Virus record (IMG/VR): IMGVR_UViG_3300020187_003193
Origin: a virus
DNA: 64,000 bases
Strand: one strand, 5' to 3'
Shown here piece by piece: positions 9,619-18,190 of this stretch. Under the pieces are notes generated by a model. That model worked only from the letters and a program-made list of their open reading frames with translations. It was not told the origin of the DNA and did no database searches. The position numbers and the translations under genes are program-made. The stretch's first letter is position 1. Each line of letters starts with the position of its first letter.

Positions 9619-10272
9619 ATGAAAAAGCAAGACTTACGTAACTTAATCAAAGAAAACATATCTGATTGGCTAGCTGAAAGAGCAGCTCAAGACGAAGCAA
9701 ACAGCGGAGATATGGCTTACACCGAGAAAGCACCATTAAAAGAAGAAGCAGATACAATTGAAGACCAAATCGGTGAATTTTTTGTAGTAGAAAAAGCTAC
9801 TAAAAATGACGAAAAACCTGAAGATCTTTATTTTAGTACAGACATATTTTACCTTGTTCAACAAATGAAAGGTGGTTTAGAAAAAAGTGGAATTCACGGT
9901 ATCTATAAATCAGAAGGTAAAGCAAAATCTACAGCATCTAAATTACTTAAAGATAGAGACAATCAAGTAAAAGAAACTTACAAGAAAGGTCAAGCCAAAC
10001 TTAAAGAAATGGAAAGCTCACTTGACGAACTTAAAGGCGCTATCGAAAAAAACATGGCGGAAGCGACAGCTAACCCAACAATGCGTGAAACACTACAAAC
10101 AAAATCAAACAGCTTACTTGAAAAACTTACTCAAGTAGAAGCTATGATTGAAAAACTACGTGGTGGTCTTGAAAAAGAAGGACTTAGATTAGAAAAGAAA
10201 AAACCTTCAAAAGATAAAAAAGAAGACAGCAAAAAAGACGAAAAAGCTGACGACAAGAAAGACGATAAATAA
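9619..10272 (+). CDS. Putative head-internal protein
   Basis: Leader MKKQDLRNLIKE, internal LKE; acidic/basic coiled coil. Confidence 0.65.
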   Translation: MKKQDLRNLIKENISDWLAERAAQDEANSGDMAYTEKAPLKEEADTIEDQIGEFFVVEKATKNDEKPEDLYFSTDIFYLVQQMKGGLEKSGIHGIYKSEGKAKSTASKLLKDRDNQVKETYKKGQAKLKEMESSLDELKGAIEKNMAEATANPTMRETLQTKSNSLLEKLTQVEAMIEKLRGGLEKEGLRLEKKKPSKDKKEDSKKDEKADDKKDDK

Positions 10273-11234
10273 TGGACAAACTAAAGCTCAGATATTTAAT
10301 CCGAGAGGCTATAGAAAACGTTGCAAATATAACAAGTAAGTTTTCTGTAGGCGATAAAGTTACAACTGTTGACGGTGACATGGCTAAAATAACCATGGCA
10401 GAACATCCATTCTACACTGTAGAATTGGAAGCGACAGGTACAACTAAATCCTTTAGTTTCAAAGACTTAGCTCCTTACGAGGAGAAAGAAATAGCAAAAA
10501 CATCGGAAGGCATTACCCTCAACGAAGGCGTAATTGCCTCTCCTGGTTTAGAATTTCACGCTACAAATAAACTACCACTATCCGAATGTGTATATCGTAT
10601 AGGTTCAACATCATACATTCAGTTTTTCGCTGAAGCACGCGAGCTATTCAACGAAGGTGCTATACGAGTAAACGCGGGAGACAGGCATTTACTGCGCGAA
10701 ACAGATATAGGCGAGTATGGTGTGTATGGTGATAGAAAAGTGCCGTTAGACATACCTTTCATTAACGAAGGTGAAGAAGCATTAGGTATTTACGATGATG
10801 GTAGAGGAAATTCCGCTGCAATTGGATGGACACCTGATGGGTATCTAGCTACAGTAGATGGTGAATACGATTTTCAAATCGGACCTGCTAAAACAGTAGA
10901 AGAGCTAATTAAGATGTTAGCTGATGAAGATTTTACAAATAAAATATTTGAAGCCCAATTTAAAGGCAAAGACGTTCCACTAAACAAACCAAAACGTGGT
11001 GGTTCAAAAGCATATTATGTTTACGTTAAAGACGGAGACAAAGTTAAAAAAGTATCTTTCGGCTCTGGTGGTTTAAGAGCAAAAATTAACAACCCTGAAG
11101 CACGTAGAGCATTCGCTGCACGTCACAATTGCGACAAGAAAAAAGACAGAACATCAGCTGGTTACTGGTCGTGTAATTTACCGCGATACGCAAAAGCACT
11201 CGGTTTAGGATCTAACAAAAATACTTTCTGGTAG
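10272..11234 (+). CDS. Putative head-internal modular polyprotein
   Basis: Leader MDKLKLRYLIRE; SH3/KOW-like module; modules split by LNE, INE and IFE; C-terminal KPKRGG...GYWSC module. Confidence 0.7.
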   Translation: MDKLKLRYLIREAIENVANITSKFSVGDKVTTVDGDMAKITMAEHPFYTVELEATGTTKSFSFKDLAPYEEKEIAKTSEGITLNEGVIASPGLEFHATNKLPLSECVYRIGSTSYIQFFAEARELFNEGAIRVNAGDRHLLRETDIGEYGVYGDRKVPLDIPFINEGEEALGIYDDGRGNSAAIGWTPDGYLATVDGEYDFQIGPAKTVEELIKMLADEDFTNKIFEAQFKGKDVPLNKPKRGGSKAYYVYVKDGDKVKKVSFGSGGLRAKINNPEARRAFAARHNCDKKKDRTSAGYWSCNLPRYAKALGLGSNKNTFW

Positions 11235-11235
11235 G

Positions 11236-11490
11236 ATGGCAACATATAGAGATTACGAATACCTTGGATACCACGTCAGACATTTCCCACACGACACAGA
11301 AAGTGTCGAGCTAGTTTGGCACCGAGATAGGAAAGATCGCTATATAACACCAATAGGAGATACAGATTGGCAAATACAATTCGACAACGAGTTGCCCAGG
11401 CCAATAAACGATTGTATCTTTATACCTGAAGGAAAATATCATAGAGTAATAAAAGGCAATGGTTGTCTAAAAATTCTAATCAATGAATAA
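11236..11490 (+). CDS. Small cupin-fold protein
   Basis: LVWHRD...WQIQFD...IFIPEGKYHRVIKG. Confidence 0.7.
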   Translation: MATYRDYEYLGYHVRHFPHDTESVELVWHRDRKDRYITPIGDTDWQIQFDNELPRPINDCIFIPEGKYHRVIKGNGCLKILINE

Positions 11491-12388
11491 AATTAAAATT
11501 GTTAAAAACAAACCAACCGTAAAGGAAAACACACCTGTATCCGTAGGCCTCAACATGGACCAGACAGATGCTGTATATAAAGTCCTAGAAGACAACTTTG
11601 GTGAAGAACATATGAAAGATATGTTCACCTTAGGTAGCTTATCTTTTTACAATATGATGGTTAAAGGAGGTATAGCTGGTGTATTTAACGAAGGAACTAT
11701 AAACGAAGAATCTTATACAGTAGCAGGTAAATCCGTAACCTTAAACAAAGGCCAAAAATCAGATGGAACCGATTGGACTGTTACTTTCCAAAACGGAAAA
11801 GAAACCTCACTATCGGATGTGTTGTCTTTAATTAAACCTTTCCCAAAAGGAATTACAAAAGAAAACCTAAACGAAGACAAAGCAGCTGCTGCTAGATGGT
11901 TTGGTAATTTAAAATCATTTTATTTAAAAGCCTTTAGAGAGTTAAAAGGTGAAGATCAAGCAACATACAAAACACTGATTAAAAATTGGGCTAACGGATT
12001 ATCTGATAATAAAGTAGGTGTTAACGAACAACCAGATGTGCTAAACAAAATAGCAGATATGTTTGATCGCAAATACCCTCACTTATCATTTGACGTTAGA
12101 ACAGACGTAGATCGTATCGATGTTCGTGGTTCACAACAAGATTTATTTAATTTTGGAGACAAATTACATGGTGAAAAAATATTCGACTACGAAGTATTCC
12201 ATATAGATGACGAAGATAGAGGCGAAATTGTCCGTATTATCAAATCAGATAGAATAAACGAAGAAAAACCAGGTTTATGGGCAAACATTCGTGCTAAACA
12301 AGAACGTGGAGAAAAACCTGCACGTAAAGGAAGTAAAGCATATAAAATTGCTAAAAAGGCTGGAGACGAGATCAACAAAGAAAAATAG
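11483..12388 (+). CDS. Putative head-internal modular polyprotein
   Basis: Repeated VKE/FNE/INE/LNE/VNE junctions; C-terminal PGLWANIRAK basic module. Confidence 0.7.
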   Translation: MNKIKIVKNKPTVKENTPVSVGLNMDQTDAVYKVLEDNFGEEHMKDMFTLGSLSFYNMMVKGGIAGVFNEGTINEESYTVAGKSVTLNKGQKSDGTDWTVTFQNGKETSLSDVLSLIKPFPKGITKENLNEDKAAAARWFGNLKSFYLKAFRELKGEDQATYKTLIKNWANGLSDNKVGVNEQPDVLNKIADMFDRKYPHLSFDVRTDVDRIDVRGSQQDLFNFGDKLHGEKIFDYEVFHIDDEDRGEIVRIIKSDRINEEKPGLWANIRAKQERGEKPARKGSKAYKIAKKAGDEINKEK

Positions 12389-12877
12389 ATGAAAAAGTTA
12401 ATATTCATATTCGCAATATTACTTACATCTTGTAGTTCATTACAACTTCAACTAGCTACAATGAACCATGCCAGCGTACAAAACCACTGGCGTCCTAGAA
12501 CAAATACTGGATTCACATATGTTTTACCATCTACTACTCCTTACACTTGGAACAATTTTACCTACAATAGATTCCTCCAACCCGATCCATTCTTCTATAG
12601 TTGGAACTACCCTCTCAATTGGTACTACCCAAACAACCAATGGTACACATTCAATTATAATAATATTGTTCGCCCTAGGCGTGTTGTACGTAGGGTACCT
12701 AATAGACCACAAACTCAACCAAGACCAACAATCAGGAGACCACGAATAACACCTACAACTCGTACACGTACAATGAATACACAACCTAATGTTCAAAGAC
12801 GTCCTGTACAGACACGTCCACAAACACGTGTATCTACATCAAATATAAGGAGAGGCAAAAGTAACATAAAACAATAA
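12389..12877 (+). CDS. Predicted lipoprotein
   Basis: MKKLIFIFAILLTSC signal with lipobox; aromatic-rich middle; Arg/Pro/Thr-rich tail. Confidence 0.7.
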   Translation: MKKLIFIFAILLTSCSSLQLQLATMNHASVQNHWRPRTNTGFTYVLPSTTPYTWNNFTYNRFLQPDPFFYSWNYPLNWYYPNNQWYTFNYNNIVRPRRVVRRVPNRPQTQPRPTIRRPRITPTTRTRTMNTQPNVQRRPVQTRPQTRVSTSNIRRGKSNIKQ

Positions 12878-12884
12878 TATTTAT
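12877..12884 (+). promoter_or_regulatory. ATATTTAT putative late promoter
   Basis: Motif upstream of ATG 12901. Confidence 0.6.
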
Positions 12885-12900
12885 ATCAAAATATCATATA

Positions 12901-13902
12901 ATGGATAACTTCAACCTAAAGAACTTCATTAACGAGAACAATCTCGGCGCATACTCTAGAATGAAAGAAGATACAGTAAGCGAACAATCAGCGTTCGTAT
13001 TAGCAGCAGATGCAGCTAGAGATGCTGGTAAAGATGAATTCGAGTTTCCTGAAGGAAGCGGTAAAATGCATAAAGTCAAATTAAAGCAAGACATTCCTGT
13101 AGAGGAAGGTATGGGTGGAGAAATGGCTGAAATATTAGGTGCTTTTCTTGCCTTAGTTGGCGCTGGAAAAACAGCACTCGAAGCCGTTAAAATCTTAGGA
13201 GACGAGCACGGAGACATATCCATTAGCAGTATCAAAGATGCTATCAAGCAATACAAAGCATCTAAAAAGATAGGTGAAGAATTAAGCGACGAAGAAGCAG
13301 ACAAATTCCACACTAAATTAGACAACCTCGTTCACAAAACATTCGGTCCAAGTAGCGACGAAAAAGAAATGAACGAAGAACTTTCAATGAAAGATATCAC
13401 TTCAGGTCAAAGATCATATCAACAAATGAAGCCCTATTTTATAGCAAAAGTAATAGGATTAAAACCCGAAACAGAACAAAAAGCATCTGAGTTAGTTTTA
13501 AAGAAAAGCAAGGCATTCCCAGGTATGACCCAAGTTATAAAAACAGCCAAAACACCAGAGGAAGTAGAAAATGTAGTATTCTTTGATGGATATCCAGATG
13601 AAGACCAAACTATACGCTTCTCAGGATTGGAATATGAACTATATCAAGTTACACCAAATCCTAAAATTGACAGATTAAAAGAAGAAGCTTCCGGATTAGA
13701 ATTTAAAGTAGGAGATAAAGTAACATATCTAGGACACCCAGGTACTATTACAAATGCTGGAACAGATATAATGGATAGACCTATATATAGTGTATCTTAC
13801 AATAAAGGAACAGGCGATACAAAAGTTACCAACGTTTACAATAAAGGTGGTGAAATTAAGCCTATGAAAGAAAATTCACTTAATCTATCAGACGCTCTTT
13901 AA
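12901..13902 (+). CDS. Putative head-internal modular polyprotein
   Basis: Leader MDNFNLKNFINE; MKE, VSE, VEE, MNE, LKE junctions; FKVGDKV SH3-like module. Confidence 0.7.
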   Translation: MDNFNLKNFINENNLGAYSRMKEDTVSEQSAFVLAADAARDAGKDEFEFPEGSGKMHKVKLKQDIPVEEGMGGEMAEILGAFLALVGAGKTALEAVKILGDEHGDISISSIKDAIKQYKASKKIGEELSDEEADKFHTKLDNLVHKTFGPSSDEKEMNEELSMKDITSGQRSYQQMKPYFIAKVIGLKPETEQKASELVLKKSKAFPGMTQVIKTAKTPEEVENVVFFDGYPDEDQTIRFSGLEYELYQVTPNPKIDRLKEEASGLEFKVGDKVTYLGHPGTITNAGTDIMDRPIYSVSYNKGTGDTKVTNVYNKGGEIKPMKENSLNLSDAL

Positions 13903-15509
13903 TGAACAAAAGTCAATTCATACAACTACTAGAACAAGAGGTAGAGGATTTTATCCAAACCCAAGCCGAAAAGGTCGTTAAATTCGAAGACGATCCAATG
14001 GCATACATACTTCAAAAGTATCCTTCATTACAAGGTACTTTAGAGGATTTAATGACTAGTAGCTTTGAAGACTACATTACAGGCATATATGTAATGGCAC
14101 CTAAGCCAACTACATTCAAAGTCTTACTACACAACGGACAACAATTCTACCTTATATATGCTAGGGATTCTTACATAGCAAAAATATCAGGTAAAAAATA
14201 CTACTTACTTAACCTTGGTGAAGAAGAATACGCTATTAAAGCAATAGCAGATTTACTTACAATGGGTAAACCTCCAGGATCACAAGGGCCTGACGCTGAA
14301 GAAGAAAATACCACTAACGCTGGTGAAGAAACAGAAGAAGTACCAGCTGAAGGAGGCGATGAAGGTGGAGAAGAAGAATTGGCAGAAACTAAAGAAAAAG
14401 TAGAAAAGCCAGTTAAAAAATCCATACTTAAATTTAAGATTTTAAAAGAAGACATAGAAAAAAAAAAGTCTCCTCTTAAATTCCGCATCTTAAAAGAATC
14501 CGATTTCAATGCTTTAACATTCTTCGATTTAGCTAAACGAGGAGGATTTAGATTTCAAATATTAGCAGACAAAATCAAAAATGGTTCGGCATTTGAATTA
14601 GTGGGCGGCGAATCAACACCACTACAATTCATAAACCCTGACCATGCTGAAATATTTGCTATTGGGGATTCAGCTGAAATCAAAAAACTAGCCCCCACCA
14701 ACTCAAATTTATTTAAATTCTTCAAAGACGACGCTGGTAAGGAATATTCTATAAAGGACTTACAGAAAAACGCTGAATTTGGAGGTAGAGGTAAAGGATC
14801 TGGAACAATAGTAGAAGATTACAATCTTAAATTACTTAAAGACCAGATAGCTAAACTAAAAGAAGAAAACAATACTTCATCCATAAATGTTTCTGTAGGA
14901 GGAAAAGTATACAACGATATAGTAGATGCTGAATCACAATTCGGTACCCCTAAATCAGATTTTAACTTAGTAGACAGCAAAGGCAACCCAGTTGTCTTTA
15001 TATCACATAAAAAAGCAGGGGGGAAAGGCGCCTCAGCAAACGATTTCATCAGATGGAGTGGATATACAATGTATAAAAACCACCCTGAAGTAAAGGCATT
15101 TAACGAGGCATTAGCTAAATGGGTAGACGAAAACAACCCTGGTGAAGGTTTACCTAACAAAACACGCTTTATATCTCGTATAGAGGATAAAGAACTTATC
15201 CAAAAACTTATATACGGACCAAAATTCGGTGAAGGGTTTAGCAAAGACAATGTATCTATTATTTTACAAGGTAAAATCGATCTTAGCCCTAAAGGAGACA
15301 ACACATACGAATTAACATCTCAACACGATCAAGTTCCACCTTCAATACCTGAAGGAGAATATTACCCATATCTTACATCAGCATATAGAGCAGATAGAGA
15401 AATGTTCGGTATTAAAAACAACGAAGCTATAGTAATGACTAAAGCACAATCAGGAAAATCGTCAAATGTATACGAACTCCAGAACGGAAAGTTTGTTAAA
15501 GTGAGATAA
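13902..15509 (+). CDS. Two-part protein: unknown N-terminal domain + PD-(D/E)XK-like nuclease domain
   Basis: Acidic linker and ILKE junctions, then TPKSDF...FISHK restriction-endonuclease-like motif. Confidence 0.65.
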   Translation: MNKSQFIQLLEQEVEDFIQTQAEKVVKFEDDPMAYILQKYPSLQGTLEDLMTSSFEDYITGIYVMAPKPTTFKVLLHNGQQFYLIYARDSYIAKISGKKYYLLNLGEEEYAIKAIADLLTMGKPPGSQGPDAEEENTTNAGEETEEVPAEGGDEGGEEELAETKEKVEKPVKKSILKFKILKEDIEKKKSPLKFRILKESDFNALTFFDLAKRGGFRFQILADKIKNGSAFELVGGESTPLQFINPDHAEIFAIGDSAEIKKLAPTNSNLFKFFKDDAGKEYSIKDLQKNAEFGGRGKGSGTIVEDYNLKLLKDQIAKLKEENNTSSINVSVGGKVYNDIVDAESQFGTPKSDFNLVDSKGNPVVFISHKKAGGKGASANDFIRWSGYTMYKNHPEVKAFNEALAKWVDENNPGEGLPNKTRFISRIEDKELIQKLIYGPKFGEGFSKDNVSIILQGKIDLSPKGDNTYELTSQHDQVPPSIPEGEYYPYLTSAYRADREMFGIKNNEAIVMTKAQSGKSSNVYELQNGKFVKVR

Positions 15510-15516
15510 AAATATT

Positions 15517-15524
15517 ATATTTAT
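15517..15524 (+). promoter_or_regulatory. ATATTTAT putative late promoter with no ORF downstream
   Basis: Followed by about 80 nt of non-coding sequence and a terminator. Confidence 0.55.
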
Positions 15525-15529
15525 AATAA

Positions 15530-15610
15530 ACATACAGACAGATTCATAGCCTGTCGCGATTAAAAAAATTATAGGAGCTGTGGCCCACCTTTTGGATGGG
15601 CCACACTTTA
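15530..15610 (+). ncRNA. Candidate small RNA / riboswitch-like leader
   Basis: Stem GACAG/CTGTC with loop ATTCATAGC, A-rich tail, and possible loop pairing with GCTGTG at 15577-15582. Confidence 0.4.
15579..15610 (+). terminator. Intrinsic terminator-like hairpin
   Basis: TGTGGCCCA/TGGGCCACA 9-bp stem followed by CTTTATT. Confidence 0.65.
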
Positions 15611-15620
15611 TTCGTATATT
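15592..15620 (+). promoter_or_regulatory. sigma70-like promoter for FAD oxidoreductase
   Basis: TTGGAT-N17-TATATT. Confidence 0.65.
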
Positions 15621-15642
15621 TAATGGTTAAAAAGAAAAACAA

Positions 15643-16950
15643 ATGCCGAAACACGTAGTAATTATTGGAGCTGGAGTAGCGGGCGTAAACGCTGCCACAA
15701 AATTAGTTGACAACAATTTTGATGGAAAAATTACCATAATTGATATGGGAAAAGATCCATACAGACGTCCTTACGATGACGTAATGACCGGATTTTTAGG
15801 AGCAGGTGGTTGGTCAGATGGTAAATTAACATACCACACATCAATTGGTGGTCAACTATCAAAGTACACAGGCGAGGACAAAGCAATGGAGTTAATGGAT
15901 CAAGTGATCGAAAACTTCAAACGTTTCCACCCTAAACCAGAAGAAGTACAATGTTCAAATCCTGTAGCTGAACCCGATTTCATCAAACCATACTTTGGTT
16001 TACGTTTGTTTCCTGTATGGCACGTAGGTACAGATTATCTACACGAAATAGGTAAAAATTGGTTCGATTATCTAAAGTCTAAAGGTGTAGAATTTGTTTG
16101 GGAAACTAAAGTAAACGATATCGACTTCGATAGCAATATAGTACATGCTGGTGGAAGAGAAATACAATATGATGAACTTATCTTTGGTGTAGGTAAATCA
16201 GGTATCGACTTTGGTAAACAATTAGCTGAAAAATATGAATTACCAACTGAACCAAAATCAGTACAAATTGGTGTGCGATTCGAGGCACCACAAGAACACT
16301 TCCAAAAACTAATCGATGTATCTTACGATTTCAAATTGTATAGAAAATTCGAAGACGAGGGAGTATCGCTACGTTCATTCTGTACAAACAACAATGCAGC
16401 ATATGTAGCAGTAGAAGAAACATATGGAGATCATACGTACAATGGTCACGCTAAAAAAGACGAGAAGTTTAGAAACAACATGACAAACTTCGGTATTTTG
16501 ATGGAAATTAACGGTATAGAAAAACCATTTGATTGGTCAAGAAACGTTGTTAAACATGCACAAGGTATAAACTACGATACAAAAACAACAACAGGTCTAT
16601 ATTATAGCCCATCACGTAAACCATCAACAACATCTGAGGGTAAAGATGTATCTGCGATACAAATTGGACCTGCCGATTATGCTGAAGTACAAGAAGAATT
16701 TGGTGGATATTACAAGTACATAGAAGACTTCATCAATGATATGAAGAAAGTATTCCCAACACTTAAAAACGATTGGGGAGTTTACATACCAGAAGTCAAA
16801 TATTTATCACCAGAACCATTAGTAAATTATAATAATTTAAGCCTTACAAAATATGACAACGTCCACTTCGTCGGAGATGCTCTCTCAGCTAGAGGAATTA
16901 CAGTATCTGGAGCACAAGGAATCTACGTTGCCGAAGACATTATCGGATAA
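15643..16950 (+). CDS. NAD(P)/FAD-dependent oxidoreductase
   Basis: IIGAGVAG Rossmann motif, GAGGWSDGKL, C-terminal FVGDALSARGITVSGAQG. Confidence 0.9.
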   Translation: MPKHVVIIGAGVAGVNAATKLVDNNFDGKITIIDMGKDPYRRPYDDVMTGFLGAGGWSDGKLTYHTSIGGQLSKYTGEDKAMELMDQVIENFKRFHPKPEEVQCSNPVAEPDFIKPYFGLRLFPVWHVGTDYLHEIGKNWFDYLKSKGVEFVWETKVNDIDFDSNIVHAGGREIQYDELIFGVGKSGIDFGKQLAEKYELPTEPKSVQIGVRFEAPQEHFQKLIDVSYDFKLYRKFEDEGVSLRSFCTNNNAAYVAVEETYGDHTYNGHAKKDEKFRNNMTNFGILMEINGIEKPFDWSRNVVKHAQGINYDTKTTTGLYYSPSRKPSTTSEGKDVSAIQIGPADYAEVQEEFGGYYKYIEDFINDMKKVFPTLKNDWGVYIPEVKYLSPEPLVNYNNLSLTKYDNVHFVGDALSARGITVSGAQGIYVAEDIIG

Positions 16951-17107
16951 CGAAATTGCGGACTTACTAGAGGCTATAGATTTATATTTTTTGTTCAATT
17001 ATGATTCGGATTCGTTCTTTGGCAAAAAGCTAGAAGAAATAAAGTTGTTTTTAGATTTAAGAAGCGAGGTTTTAGAGAGATATGACGCAGTAACAAAGGC
17101 TGACTAA
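16928..17107 (+). CDS. Hypothetical small protein
   Basis: Track ORF 16853..17107; TTG at 16928 removes most of the overlap with the upstream gene. Confidence 0.4.
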   Translation: MPKTLSDNEIADLLEAIDLYFLFNYDSDSFFGKKLEEIKLFLDLRSEVLERYDAVTKAD

Positions 17108-17114
17108 TATTTAT
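17107..17114 (+). promoter_or_regulatory. ATATTTAT putative late promoter
   Basis: Motif upstream of ATG 17134. Confidence 0.6.
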
Positions 17115-17133
17115 TATAGTATAAACCCTTGAA

Positions 17134-17460
17134 ATGGAAGACAACTTATTTACAACAATCATAGCCATTGTTTCTTCAGCTGGATCTGTAGGAGCATGGA
17201 GGTTTTATGAAAGTAAACTAAAATTCAAAGCTCAACGAGCTGAAAATCCACAAAGGGCTAACGAACGATTTATTTCAGATCTACAATCACGTGTCTCTAA
17301 ACTAGAAGCATTGTTAATCCAATCATCTGAGGAAAAAGACTTCATGCGAGAAACAATAACTGAATTATCATCAGAGGTATCAGCACTAAAAGTCAAGATT
17401 CAATATTTGGAACAAGAAAACAATTACTTAAAAGGAAGTAAAAGACAAACACGAAAGTAG
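17134..17460 (+). CDS. Membrane-anchored coiled-coil protein (holin-like candidate)
   Basis: Single N-terminal hydrophobic helix, then coiled coil; has its own late-type promoter. Confidence 0.5.
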   Translation: MEDNLFTTIIAIVSSAGSVGAWRFYESKLKFKAQRAENPQRANERFISDLQSRVSKLEALLIQSSEEKDFMRETITELSSEVSALKVKIQYLEQENNYLKGSKRQTRK

Positions 17461-17489
17461 TAGGAGGGGCGAAAGCCCCTTCATATATT
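17461..17489 (+). promoter_or_regulatory. sigma70-like promoter containing a GAAA-tetraloop hairpin
   Basis: TAGGAG-N17-TATATT; AGGGGC-GAAA-GCCCCT at 17465-17480. Confidence 0.55.
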
Positions 17490-17514
17490 TAGGGGTTCAA
17501 TTAAAATAAAAGTT

Positions 17515-17763
17515 ATGACAAAAATTAAAGAAGATTACGCAACAAGAAATCTCAAAACACCTGAAGGTGTAAAAATCTCTTACTTCGACAACAAACTTCA
17601 TAGCTGGGATATACCCGCAATTCGCTATCCAAAATCAATGAAGCAAAAAAATGAATATTATCTATATGGTATTCAAAAAACAAAAGAAGAATGGATGGAA
17701 TTTAGACAAGACCGCAACGGAGTTCCACCAGAAAAAAATCCTCAAGTAACATCAAGATTTTAA
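17515..17763 (+). CDS. Hypothetical protein
   Basis: 82 aa; KLHSWDIPAI...EYYLYG resembles MORN-variant/LHREDGPA-type repeats. Confidence 0.6.
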   Translation: MTKIKEDYATRNLKTPEGVKISYFDNKLHSWDIPAIRYPKSMKQKNEYYLYGIQKTKEEWMEFRQDRNGVPPEKNPQVTSRF

Positions 17764-17764
17764 T

Positions 17765-18187
17765 ATGAAGAAGAAGGCAGTTATAGTATCCGGATACTTT
17801 AACCCAATTCACAAAGGACATCTTGAGCTCTTCACGAAAGCGAAGGCTCAAGGTGATTACCTTTTTGTAATTGTAAATTCGGATTTGCAAAGAGAATTAA
17901 AGGGTTCAAAAGAATTCCAAGACGAAGTTGAACGTTTATTAATAGTACAAAGCCTCAAAAGGGTAGATGGTGCTATGGTATCAATAGACGAAGACAAAAC
18001 ACAATGCAAAACAATCGAGATGGCTTACAAATTACTATCAGACGAATACGATTTAGCTTTTGCAAATGGTGGTGATCAAAATAACCATTCTATACCAGAG
18101 GCTGGGATATGTGAAGCACTTGGCGTATCTTTAATAGATGGTTTAGGAGATAAAATACAATCTAGTAGTTGGTTATTAAATAAATAA
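17765..18187 (+). CDS. HxGH cytidylyl/adenylyltransferase (TagD/RfaE-II/RibL-like family)
   Basis: IVSGYFNPIHKGH, VIVNSD, ER..IV.SLKRVD, KIQSSS. Confidence 0.85.
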   Translation: MKKKAVIVSGYFNPIHKGHLELFTKAKAQGDYLFVIVNSDLQRELKGSKEFQDEVERLLIVQSLKRVDGAMVSIDEDKTQCKTIEMAYKLLSDEYDLAFANGGDQNNHSIPEAGICEALGVSLIDGLGDKIQSSSWLLNK

Positions 18188-18190
18188 GTT

